Of a stretch of DNA of 64,000 nucleotides, positions 34,101 to 46,416 are shown in pieces. The stretch is from Klebsormidium nitens. Lineage: Eukaryota > Plantae > Klebsormidiophyceae. Below the pieces are notes generated by a model, which worked only from the letters and a program-made list of their open reading frames with translations, had not been told where the DNA came from and did not search any database. Made by a program: the position numbers and the translations under genes. The DNA is taken from contig DF237011.1 in NCBI GenBank assembly GCA_000708835.1, forward strand, positions 186,001 to 250,000, in the 5' to 3' direction. The first letter of the stretch is position 1; each line of letters opens with the position of its first letter.

Positions 34101-37094
34101 GGCTCATTGTGATACATGGCTCCACGCTCCAGCAGCAAGCAGCATACCAGTGAAGGACGAGCTGAATCCTTTGCCAGCGATTTGTAAACAAATCTGTAAG
34201 AGAATCTGCAGCAAAAGCATGCCATCCGAAAGTAGATTGAGAAACGAGAAGCGTAGCACCTAATGAAGGCAGAGAAGATACAGCTTGTGCCAGCGACTCA
34301 TACACGGATAGGACAGTTTGGGCAGATTGCATGCATCTTAAAGTGAAGTAAAGCGAAGCTCGACTGAAAGTGTCGTACCAGGCGGTTCAACGACAATGAT
34401 AGGTGTGGGAGAGGGAGTCGGAGTGGGCGGCGGAGGTCCAGTCCTGGGCGCGGGGATGGGAGCTGGGTTTCTGCAAACAACGGAGCTACGGTTTCAGTGA
34501 CTCATATTGGTTAAAAGATCTTGGTCGAGTGTCTTTCGACCAGAGGGAGAGCGCCCTTTTAGAGAGCCTGACTGGTCAACATATGGTCAACACGAGATGG
34601 ACAGAACGGATAGGCGGTAAGCTGCTCACATGCTCGTTATGAAACCGGTCAAAAGAAGGCAATTCCCTTGACCTTTTAGAATGACAGATAGCTTGTTCAG
34701 TTGACCTGGTCTTGACCAAATTCGTTGGTGTCTCCGAGTGGGCTGCCATGCAAACCCCTTTGAATTGCTCCAACTTGATAAGGGGATTAGCAGGGGACAT
34801 AAACCAAGACGGTGGGGCAGAACCTGAGCACGTAACCCGTTGAAAATAACAGTGACGTCTGTGGTGCCTGGACCTGACGGAATTCAGAACGGGATTCAGA
34901 ACGGTATTCAGAGCGGTTTGTATCGAGGTTATGCAAACCATCGAAAACGAGAAAAGGAGCATGGGACTGATCTAAACCGTCTGTGACCTGAACCGTGACT
35001 CTTGCTGAAACGGAGACGAGTCAATTCCAGCGTCCAGTCGTCTTCTGGCGGGTGAGGCAATGCCGCCTTCCAAGTTGTTTGGGAAAATTTTGATTACTCG
35101 CAAACTCACACAGCTGTCAAACTTACGGGAGTTCGCAAGTGGTTCCCTGGAGGTTACTGGGGCAGGTACACCTGAAGGCGCCCTGGACACCGTTGAAGTC
35201 TGTGACTGCCTCACACGTGCCTCCGTTCTTGCACGGGTTTGGGTTGCACCGATCGGTTCCTGCTCGGTAAGAGGATTCTGTTTGGAAAATGTGAAAGCCC
35301 CCATGTAAGAGTCTTCTGGCATCGATTTTTGTTCGGATATCAGGGAAGAGACCATCTTATCAGAGCAGCAGGCCTCTTTATCGAGGTAGAAGATCGATCT
35401 TGACTTCGGACAAAAGTTAATAGGATTGGGAACGAGAGTTTCCACTTTTTTGGCCCATACAACGGCCGCCCAGCCTTTACCTCGCAACACTGCCTAGCAT
35501 TCACTGTGTTTCCAGATTTATATATGACATGCAGCTACTGCCAAACTTGGTGCGGCTTGGTTATGAAGAGCTCTTTAATTAATAGAGACATTGGGTGAGG
35601 CCTAATGAAATGCCCTCAAAAGTGTAACAAGTAGAGAGCAAACTCGTTGTCTAAGACTCTCCTCATACGAGAAGCCTTGCTCTGAAAACTTTTAATCAAC
35701 AGCTAGACAGTTATTAGCCAGGCCTTAGACGTTTTATGCAGCAAAAGGGCACCTGCCACCGTCAACTGAGCTCCATAAGGGACAAAGCCTTGCTGCATAG
35801 CACACAATGCATTCATGACTTCATACCCAGCTTTATCTTCCATATGAGTAGAAAGACCTGAAGAATCACTGCATGTAATAATAGAGGAGCCATCAAGAGA
35901 GAAGAGCTTCCAACCTGGGTACCCTGGCACATCGCAAAGAGGAAATAGTAGGAGACCTACTTACCTGGCACGTAGCAAAAGTCTGCGTAGACGATGTGGC
36001 TGAGTATAGAAGGGGCATTGCAGATACACACGGACTCAATTGCGGTGCGCCCCGAGATGGTAGTCGGCTTGTATGTACACTGGTTACCTGCAGGGTTACA
36101 TCACTATGATGAGCTCAAGTGAAAGCTTGAAACATTGACACCTTTGCTGTGGGTCTAGCACAGAGGAGAATCCCATGTCAACCCTTGTCTTGTTACTGCT
36201 TTTGTGCCTGGCAGGTTTGAGTGTGGCTTTTGGCGCGTTTATTGCTAGGATTAGAATGAATGGTACTTGTGAAATTCGATGTCTCTGAAGAGGGAGAGGA
36301 GGTGCGTCAGATGAAGTTAATAGGAAGGCTCCGCCGAAAAGGCCTTGTACAGCCCGGGCTGGCTCACTGTGGCACTGTTGACTCTGGCTGACTTTGGCTG
36401 ACTTGGATTGACTTGGGGAACATAAGCTTGAGGCCTTGGTAGATGAAGAGTACCTCAAAGACACAAAGACTCTGCTATTTGCCATTTTAGATTGTGGAGT
36501 AGAATTTCCGGAGCTATCAGGATCGTTCTTGTGCTGGGAGAGAAGGGCAACATCCCCAAGTAAAGGTGCAGCTGATGACTTTGTGAAAGTTGGACAAAGA
36601 GAGCAGTACAGTGTCAGCAATCTTAAACCGTGACTTCCTGGTCGAAGCGCCCTTGCATTTGGTCAGAGCACAATCTTGAGGCTGGTCTAAGCAGCACCTT
36701 GTTCTGTTTGAGCCAAAACAACAGTGCCTGCAAAATCAAGCTCACTACATACGGCAACATGTTTGTCACTTTCAACCGACTCGTTTCTGACCTTGACCTC
36801 AACAGGGTTTTCAAAATTGCTTTCAAAATTGAGCTCAGGCAACTACGCAATGTGACAAATTGATAGGAACGTCAACGACAATCTTACCTGCACCACAAGG
36901 ACCAGGATTTCCAAAGCATTTATCAACGGCGCACACCGGGGGCAAGGCACCAACAAAATCGTTCAGGCCCGAATGAACCCAGCAGGGCAGGAAAAGTCCT
37001 TGTCGACAATCAGAGAAACAGTTGCTGTGGGAAGAGAGATGCAGCTTGCAATCATTAGCAAAGCAGCAGCGCGAAGCGCCATTGCGGCGACCAT
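31197..37094 (-). pseudogene. Paralog B: same 8-exon architecture, 1-nt deletion in exon 1
   Basis: Exons 37094-36888, 36087-35965, 35259-35127, 34470-34379, 33779-33703, 33351-33210, 32278-32063 and 31366-31197. The signal-peptide frame reads ..CPAGFIRA* (TGA 36965-36963) while [19 protein letters not shown] is in another frame. One extra C (ATT CCG GGC) would restore FIPGLNDF. All other exons are intact. Could be an assembly error. Confidence 0.75.
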
Positions 37095-38291
37095 TTTGCT
37101 GGCACCAAATTAAAAGCTCTGAAAGTTCCCGAAAGTCTAAACCCTGGCGCTCATTAATGTGTCGTCCAACCTCTTTGAAAATGAGCACCTGTGATAAAGC
37201 TTAGCTACAGCAATGGGCCCGATAATTCATCTGAAGAAAGACCTTTCTGTGAAGTGCTTTCTGTAGAATGCTGCTCCTCTAATACCCAGGAGTCGGTCCA
37301 TAATGCATGGGGATGCCGTAACGATTAATCCCAGCTAGTGGGCGCCCCCACTTTGATCCCAGCTCTAGCATTGCTTTTGGCAGCTGCCTGAGCAGCCTGC
37401 TAGCGCCACCCTGCTACCGGTTACCGGTACAACAGTCTAGGGCCGGTCTGACTACCGGTAGCTAGGTTACAGGTAGCTGGGGGAGAATCACATGCAGGAA
37501 CAGTCGCACTCCTGTATCAAACGCAGGGATCAATCATCATAACCCAGTCTTCGGAGTAGCGGAAACTGGCCGCCACCCTGTAAACCTACTTGCGTAAACC
37601 TTTTGGTTACGAGAGCCAAGTGTCGCTGTGAAGTTTCTCTGAGGCCCGGGGATTTGACCAGTGGGACCCAGTACTGCTGACAAGCTGCCAGGTGGCAGCT
37701 GCTTGGCTGGGTAGCGCGCTGCGTCAGCGATGTCGTCATCCGGCGGTCTTCCTCCTCAGAGTCACTCTGAAGTACAATGATGCGTATGCGACATTCTCGC
37801 AAGGGTGACCCCAGCAGGGTCACCCTGCAGGCTGCCAGTGCGAGTCACCCAGGCGGCTCCAAAGTCCAGAGTACGGTACCGGTTAACAAATTTGAGGCAG
37901 TTCCCTATTTTGTCACGGACATCAGCACATGCATGGGTGCCCACTGCCTAGCGCTTGTGCATGTCTAGCTGCAGCTGCTGCTTCATACGGTATAGGTACC
38001 TCATATTTGGAGGGTCAATCTTTGCGCTGAATGGGCGATTCTCTGAGGTCTGCAGAAATTGTGGCAGCTAATTGAGCTGAGGTCCGGGGCTCTATATATT
38101 TTGCTCTGCAATTCTTCAAACACGCAGCAGGAGGGTCGGCATTTCTGGCACAATATCGCCAGGACTTTCCCGCACAGACGCAACGCTGTAGCGTCTTCCC
38201 TCCGGGGGCTGATTGGTTCTGCATCTCGAGCTAGATTCGGATTGAGCAGCCATCAAATTGCCAGGGACCGCCTTTGGCGCCAGCTAGCGCA

Positions 38292-41200
38292 ATGGTGGTC
38301 ACAATGGCGCTCCGCACAACAGCGCTCTTCCTGATCGCGAGCTGCCTCTCTCTTCCTGCGTCGGCGGCGGACGACTCTCAGAGTATTGTCGAAAGGGACT
38401 ACTCCTGTCCCCCCGGCTTCATTCCCTTGCCCAATCAGGGCGCCAACTATAACCCCAGTTGCGCAGTCGATCGCTGCTACGGGACTCCTGGCCCTTGCGG
38501 CGAAGGTACGTTGCGCTGTATGCCGTTTGCATGATAGTGTCCTCTTTTATTTGATTCAGGGATGAATCAGGATTACTATTGAGGATGCCAAGAGCAGATT
38601 GTCAATTTGCAATCACAAGAATGCAGAATTCTTGTCGGATTCTGCAATGAATTACAAAACTTGTGATTGAATCAGGGTTGCAACAGCAGAATCTGATCCG
38701 CAGCGCCTTGTTCACTACTGGCACCTGCACCACGCCCTGGGAAAGAGTCGATAAAGAAATGCTGCTTAGACAGCTGGCAGCCTTAAGCGCTGATTGCTCT
38801 CCCCCCAGGCACGCAGTCATAAAGGTGCCATTGCATGGTAAACTCGAGCAGACTAGGAACTTAAACGTGCTAAATCGTGCTTGTTTCAGCTGCCCGTGCT
38901 GCTCTGCGCATCTCAATGTCTTTGGCCCCTCTGTCTTTGGATGACTGGCCCTACTCTCCCGAATCGGTAGAGTTCTGTCCCTTTATCAGTTACTTCGTTG
39001 TCCTTCCTAACCGAAACCTGTCCTTACTCCCTTCTCCGGCTGGTTTCCTGCCTCCCCATCTGACTCTTTCTCAGCTGTGCTCAGCTCTTCCTTAGGACTG
39101 TTTTCGCATTATCAACTTGGACGGAGAAGTTGCAGAGGAACTCACAGGAGATCTTGGTTGCTAACCAGGCTGACTACCAGACTGAGTCTCAGGTTACTAG
39201 CCAAATATCCCAGCTTTGACCTTCTTCCGGGGCTGGTTGAAGCCCAAGTCTGGTTGCTGGACATATAGCCAGTCTCTGACCGGCCATAAACAGCCCCTAA
39301 CCATCCATGCTTAACAGCCAAAACCTGGTGTGATTGTGTATGGTACGTTGATCGCTTCTCATGGAGTAGATTCTCAAGGCAGGAGGACAGATAGCCCTGG
39401 TGGAGTGGATTGTATATGCTGACGTCTTCTCCTGCTCATCAAGGTGGTGACATGTCACATCTGCAGGTAACCAGTGTACATCCAAAAAGTCTACGGTCTC
39501 GGGGATATCTACATTCGAGTCTGTGTGTACCTGCTCGGCGCCTTCCGTGCTCGCCCACATTGTCTACACGGACTTCTGCTATGTGCCAGGTACTTATAAC
39601 GAACGTCTCACTATGGCTATCTACTTCTCAAGAGTTTTCATAGTAACTTCTGGCTGCTAACCGTACTGATTTAAATATCAGAGTCGAGTCTCAGGTTATT
39701 GGACAGATAACCGGGCTCTAACCTTGTTTCAAGGCTGGTTACCGCCCAAGTCTGGCTACTCGACAGTTAACCACTTTGAAACGAGCCCATAGCCAGCCCC
39801 TAGGTGTCATCGTTACGAGCCAAAAATTCCTGTGAATTTCGCACAGGCCTAGCAAGGTCTTTTACTCCCCGACATGTTTCCCTACGTGCCAGGGTACTAG
39901 TTTCCGGGTTAAGTTCCTTCCTCTGTGTCTTCCCTGTCAGATCTTGTGCATTCCATCTCTTTCGCCGGTGTTTCGACTACTCACAGTGGACGAAGGACAG
40001 GGTAGTGTAATGAAGCTATGCATGCATTTGAAGGTCCTGCAGCAAGGCTTTGTCAAAAAAAAAGGGTGTTAACGGTGCCAGGCTTCTACCATGTAGCATG
40101 CCTGAGGCCTTGCTTGGCTGGGGTATGCTAACGTCTAACCAGCGTGGTTAAAACACAAGTTTTTTGGAGAAGGAAAGGTTGAACCCAAAGAGTTTCCCTC
40201 CGAGTGGACATGCTTTGGAGACACGTCATCAGACCTCCTCTCATGTCCCTGTGATGGAAGACTACTTATCCAAGCACCAACCAGATTTGAGGAGCTGAGA
40301 CGATCCTGCAAGTGTAATCTAAAATATGTGGGGTGTGCAGCGCTTATAAGCTGCGGGCTAAGCTTCTCAGACTCGATTCTCAGATACGTGCTTCAATTCA
40401 GATGTTCCCTCTCCAAGTTGAAAGTTTGCTGCCCCGCTTAAGAGGCTTGTGCTCGGTTAAGGTGTTCTTTTTCCCCCACCGTCACCTAGGCGTGTGGAGC
40501 TGCTAAAAGTCCCATTACGGATACATCAGCTACTTTAGTTTGCCAAATTGAATCCTTCTTGCTGCGCAGGGACTGATCGCTGCAACCCCAACCCGTGCAA
40601 GAACGGAGGCACTTGCGAGGCAGTCGCGGACTTCATCAGCGGTGAAAAACGGGCCTTTGTTTGTACCTGCCCCCAGAACTTCCAGGGGGTCACTTGCGAC
40701 CAGCCGTAAGTTTGATGGCTGCGTCTGTTTGCGAGTGATTAAAAGTTCCAAAACCACGTGAAAGTTGCAGGGCAGAGTTTGAAGGGTGGCCGCTTATATG
40801 GGCTCGTCCCCATCACGAAGTTCTAATGCAGATAGGTCTTTTGACGGGGTCGAGTTCAACACTTGTGAGGGTCTGACTTTGGAATGCGCTTGGTCACCTT
40901 TCGAAGAGTCTTTATACTAAACATTCTTGGAAGTCAAAAATAGGGAGAGGCGTCGCTCAATCATGCTCCTAGATCCTACTACTCCCAACCTTATACAGTG
41001 ATCGGACACAAGCAGCTGGTATGCACCGTTATCCATCTCGAGTAAAGGGTAATCACGTGCCCTTCAAACGGACCCTCGATCTAGCTTGCTTAATGTACCC
41101 TTAACAATAGGTCTCCCCAGTACCCAAGCTCAACTCGGAACAAAGGATCCATCAGCTGACAAGGACGAGCTCAAGAAAGATTATTCCGTCTTGGAATAAG

Positions 41201-44200
41201 CAGAAAATGTTTGGGCCCGCTTTCGTTTGAAGGGTGTTTTTGTTGAAAGTAGAGGTCGGTTAGACGTCCAAATTGTTGAGTTAGGACGTGGTTACTAGCT
41301 AGTTTAGCTAGGCTAGTTTCGACCGTACGATCTAGAGTTCTTACTCAGTGTGAGCCGTCGATCAAGGAGTTTTTACATGAGGATACTAGAGGGCTAATTG
41401 TAGGCTCGACTAGTGTGACTTGGACGTTTGTATTGTGATGGGAAAATCATACTAAGAGATGCTTGTTGGGAGAAGAGCGCTTCCTTGTGTGAAGGCGCTT
41501 GTGTTGAGGGTGGTCAAAGCCCCGTTGGTTTCAAGCATGTACGTATGATTTCAACATTTCTGACCCAATTGACCATCTTTCAGCCTAGCACACTGACCGG
41601 GCAGACCGGGATGCATTAACCAAAAAGGGTTGTTGACAACTTCGCTCTGTTTGTGCAGAAGCGAGAATCCGGCACCCACTCGCAGGAACGGAACCTCGCC
41701 CCCAACCCTGCCTCCCACTCCCCCTCCTACCACTGGGCCGCCGATTATCATCGATGGTACGAGAACTTAGCTCCGGTTCACAATTCTCCACTTTACTTGA
41801 CTTCATTTTACTCTACTTCACTCATTTTACTTTACTTCACTTCAAGGGAAAAATTGAAAATGATTCTGATTCTGCGAACTGAGAAACAGAATCCAAAGTC
41901 TGATGATTAGATTGAGTTACTAACTGTGAACGGACTTGCAAACTGCTTCCATTCAATTTGCAGGAAAACTTCAAAGTGCTGCGATCTTTGTTGAAACTTT
42001 CAAACGATTACTGATAGTGTCGTTCTGTCTTGGCTGCCGCTACGCTGGAGATGCTTGACCGGATGTTCCGACAGCCCAGGGAACGTTACTCCGTACCCTT
42101 TGCGACCTTCTTAAGAAGTCCTTCAGTTTGTATTTCCGATTTTCCGTCCCTTCCAGCGGTTTGCGGAGTTGCCAGCTTTGCATCGCAGATTAGTTCCTGA
42201 TCTGCGCACGTGAATTGTATATTGAAATTGAACGGCCTCAGGAACGAGTGATCAAGCCGAGAGATGTTCCTCGATTCCACTCGAAGGCATTACTGCTGTT
42301 CAGTTCTACTTTGGACAAGTCAGAAACTCTGTTCCAAACAATTACTATGGTCAGAGTCTGCTTAGATGCCCTTCGAACGTGCATGGTTACATTCAAAGCC
42401 CACTTATTCTTGTTTCAGGAAATCAAGGCCTGTGTGGCCCGGGCGAATTGGCCGAGGCGGCTCCCTTCCCGCAGAGGTGCTGGTTCAACAACGACCCCCA
42501 GGTTAGTGGGCGGACTGCGTGGGTTAAGGACGTGTGTCCCTGCTAACCCATGTTGATTTCCTGGTGGGCTCAGATACATCGTGTGCCAGTTAGCCCTTGT
42601 GGGTTACTCAATTTCAAAGTCAGCCAACCGAAGTCACGTGGGCTCTTCGATTCCTGAAAGCAAGCCAACTCCTTTGGGCTTAATTGCGCTCATTAACCTA
42701 GCTGATTCGTACCCAACTTCATACCAGCTTCGAAACAAGACGTGAAGTCTGCGATGGTCGCTCGAGGTTTCAAACTGAAGCTTCTTCAATTAAGGTTCTG
42801 CAGAAAATTGTGGATATGCAGCCGATCTGATCAACCATGCGCTTGAAAGAATGATAGAAACATTCATTTCTTGCTTGCAGGGCCGATACGTGTGCTGTGA
42901 CGCCCAAGGCTGTGACGGATTCAACGCCGACAACCTCACCCCCCACTGCAAGAACTTCGGATACGTGCCTCCGAACTTCGGCAAAAGTGGAGGGCCGTCC
43001 CCGCCTCCTGAAGGTGACCAGGGTAAGATTTGAGCGAACCTGGTCAGGCGTGACCTTTTGACAGTGCGCTGAAACTGTTCTAATAGCGTTTGCCAGGCAA
43101 GCTGTACCCCCGATTATTCATGCTTCTGTAATCTACGAAAGAGGCGCCACCCAACGATGCGTCGCCTCTCGGGCCCTTTGTAAGGCAGAAACGTTTCTTT
43201 AGATGAGCCTCTGCTTCTCGGTCTACTAATTTTGGTCGGAAACGCCGTTGAGGGCTATACTGCCTGGTCTTTGGGGATCAGCATTCAAAAGGGCAATTGT
43301 GACGGCTCGCGACAATTGTTCCTGCCGGTGCTTTTTAACCTGGGCCCTGCCCGCTCGAGTAGAGTCACGGTGCTGGTGACCCATACTAGCTATGATCGCC
43401 TACTAATCAGCTGTCCCTCAAACAGCATCGCGGCTCCGATCTTCAATGCAACACGAGGGGATTCGTCTCCTACACGATCCTCAGGCTCTGTTCGGGATGT
43501 CCTTGAATCGAGTACAGCGGTGCCCAGTACTGCACGTCAAGGAACAGAACATTTTGAGGAATCCTAAAGCTCGTGAAAGCCTCCAAACCCGTCTGAATCG
43601 AAACCCCTTTGCCTCAGGCGTTTGCGGCAAGACGGGCGCCGAGCCTTTCCCCAACCGGTGCTGGTTCAACAACGATCCTCTGGGGCGATACGTTTGTTGC
43701 GATAACCAGGGTTGCGACGGGTTCAACGCCGATAACCTAACCCCGCACTGCAAGAACTTTGGTTACGTGCCCGACAACTTCGGCCGCACTTCGCCTCCCG
43801 GCCCGGGTCCCACTGGCAACGGGGGGCCGCAAGGTAAGCTGCAAACCGGGTTTTCATATTGGGTTAGTGTATACTATAACGGGTGAAAGTCTCCGGTTTG
43901 AAGTGGGTTAGACGCCATGGATTTGTTTCCACCTATCAGACCATATGAGCATTTTGCCCCCGTGCGAATGTCGAAGCAGACGTATTTTGCAATGTCAATG
44001 TGCTGTGGCCACGCCAAAAGAGCTAGGCATCGAGGAGCCGTTGAAGCTTAGTCGACTCGCTAGCCTCACGAACCTGGCCCTGATTCTAATTACCGGAAAG
44101 TACGACCGATTCCGTAGTTGCTCGTTGTATTTCGACGCTGGAATTGAAAGCCCTTTTGCAGGCGTGTGCGGGACGGAAGAATTCACTCCGGCTTTGTCCG

Positions 44201-44575
44201 CTGGGAGCACGTACTGATCCTCTTGACCCTCACAGAGTAATATCTCGAGACAGCACTGTGTGAAAATGCGTTCTTAACTTGCGGAAAAGCTATTCAGGCA
44301 TCCCATCTGCTCCTTCGTCAATCCTTCCATTTCGCGACCTCACGCGCGTTACCCGCTCAAATTGCAGCTTGCTGACTTCATGCTGACTTTGAGATTTGCT
44401 CGCAGGAGTGTGCGGCTTAGGGGCGGCGTCGGCCTTTCCGAACCGCTGCTGGTACAACAACGACCCCCAGGGAAGATACGTCTGCTGCGACAATGACGGC
44501 TGTAATGGCTTCTATCAGCCGGGCAACCTTTTCCCCCGCTGCAAGACCAACGGGTTTGTGCCCCCCAGTCTCTAG
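38292..44575 (+). CDS. Paralog C: intact, 393 aa, inverted relative to A, B and D
   Basis: Exons 38292-38505, 39467-39589, 40570-40705, 41659-41756, 42419-42501, 42881-43022, 43618-43833 and 44406-44575; 1182 nt, open, all GT-AG. Confidence 0.92.
39158..39300. repeat. ~150-bp dispersed repeat (MITE-like), copy in paralog C intron 1
   Basis: gttgctaaccaggctgac..gagtctcaggttactagcca..ggctggttgaagcccaagtctgg. Similar sequence at 39650-39803, inverted at ~55700-55840, and more diverged at 51539-51686. Confidence 0.65.
39650..39803. repeat. Second copy of the same dispersed repeat, paralog C intron 2
   Basis: tggctgctaaccg..gagtctcaggttattggaca..ggctggttaccgcccaagtctgg..cagcccctag. Confidence 0.65.
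44162..44217 (+). other. Short in-frame pseudo-exon or alternative terminal exon GVCGTEEFTPALSAGSTY* in paralog C intron 7
   Basis: Good acceptor cccttttgcag|GC GTG TGC GGG in phase 1, like the true module exons; stop at 44215-44217. Confidence 0.45.
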
Positions 44576-44665
44576 AGTGTTAGGATGTTGAGACCTCAGG
44601 TTCTTAGGGTTTTAGGGTCGAGGGGTAGGCGTCGAGGTAAACTCAGAGTTTTTGGGTTAGGGGCT
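44576..44665 (+). repeat. Degenerate telomere-like (TTAGGG/TTTTAGGG) tract immediately after the stop codon
   Basis: ttagggttttagggt at 44604-44618 plus variants. Complementary ccctaaa/cctaaaa tracts follow the stops of A (~23050-23080), B (~31150-31200) and D (~50170-50220). Confidence 0.5.
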
Positions 44666-46366
44666 ACTAGTTTTAATTCAATGGGTTCGTGCCCTCCAGC
44701 TTCTAGAGGTTTAGCTTGGAGACCTGGTCATAACCGGGGGCGGATTTTGCTCGAGAGCCGCCGGTAGGAGAGCAGCCAATGAGTCCCTTTCTGCCGACTC
44801 GTATGCAGACTTTGTCTTCTAACCACGCCTGGTTGACGAGTAGTTAGCCGACCGGTCGAGTTAACGCAACCAGCCACAATCAACTGTCTCTTGTCTATCA
44901 ATCACCCGGGAGCAGCTTGTACATAAAGAGGCCGTAGTTAGTTTAGACTGCGCGCCGCCCAGCTACTGGTCTGATTAGCGTAGTAATGCCGCTTTCGTTT
45001 GTAGACAAGAAGAGGCATAGTCACGCATTAGAGCCTAAGTGTCTGGAGTGGAACTTCGTCACGTTTAGCGCCGCGCAACTGAATGTTCGCATCGTGCAAA
45101 GATGCTGGTCGTCGTTTTGATCCGCTTGAGTTGTCAAGTGTGTGTTCTGGTATAGCTGTGAAGTTTGGATTTCGGTCCGTCAGCTTGATTGATCTTGGAA
45201 TGATCTTAATTGTACGTCTGGCCCATCATCGAATCCAGCTTCGCTACAATATTTAAGATCGCCTTGAACGTACACCGCTAGGCTTTCGATGGATTGATCC
45301 GGCCTCAGGGCCTCTCCTCTTACTCGCACACCGCCATGCATGCCCACGATCATGTAGGTGCTGTGATTCCTGAAGTCTGAGGGCCTGGGTCACCTTCTCA
45401 TCGTTACTATAAGGCATCATAGCAATGATCAGATACGGTGCACACCATGAATAAGCTTAGTAGGACACTGCAGTCACTCTCCTAACAATTTTTCTAAGCT
45501 ACGGTACATAAACCATCGCCGGTCGTCACAGTGTCATGACAAAGATTGAACCGTCATGTACTCATGCATCAATACATGCAAGACGTAAAGCTGAATGGCG
45601 GCCGGAAAAGCGGGCCGTGGGGCGGCGACATATGCCAGGGATAACGTTCACAATGCACATGTATTTTTACATGAGAGTCGGTCCATTGAATGCAGGAGCA
45701 ACAGATCGTGCAGATTTGGCGGCCGCAGTTCCGTTGGACGCATGCATATGAGCAGTCCAAAGTCGTTTCTAGCTGATCCATCGAAGCTTCAAATCATGTT
45801 CGATTTGATCAGTGAGAGGAAAACAAGGTTTGCAGCTTTGAGGGAGCTCGACAGTGACTGGCTTCGATATACTACGACGTTGCACATGAAGTGAACCTTC
45901 CCGACCACTCAAGTCTTGCTACTTGATTACCGAAAAGCGTGATTGCATGTCGAAACCTACTCGGAAGCACACACGGCCCGTGTTTTATTGGCTGAAATGC
46001 CTAGTACTGGTGCATAGATCCTGAGACCAGTCCAGCTTTCAACACCAATCTACGGTGATTGGCGAGTCAAATGGCAACGCTTTCACGGTGATCCGCCGCT
46101 TTTCCGCCAATCTGACCGGCGCTAAGTGAGAGCGCGGGCACACCGAAATTTCGTCCACCGTCAGCGGCATCATTCTGCGGACGTCACACCTCTCCCGGCC
46201 AGGCCAGAGGGCAACTCTGTCCCCGTCTACAGTTTTGGTATCACTTTCTTAATGTAGCTGTGTTCCGGATCCCATTCAGGGTACTGCCGATAGGGTCCCC
46301 CCTCTCAGGTCTTCATCCACGTGCACCATCCGAGAATGGCCCTGATTAGACTGTAGAAGCAGCCGG

Positions 46367-46416
46367 ATATACGACATACGATAGACGATATACGATATAC
46401 GATATACGATATACGA
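46367..46416. repeat. (ATATACG)7 microsatellite
   Basis: Seven 7-bp units, two with single substitutions. Confidence 0.9.

Noticed and set aside
36096-36620. 174-aa ORF in paralog B intron 1
   Set aside because: No family features, and I could not trace an equivalent ORF in the homologous intron of D; treated as intronic sequence.
1018-44000. Many short track ORFs antisense to, or out of frame with, real exons (e.g. 1018-1443, 23896-24426, 35060-35308, 43481-43753)
   Set aside because: They are shadow frames of GC-rich coding exons already explained by the gene models.
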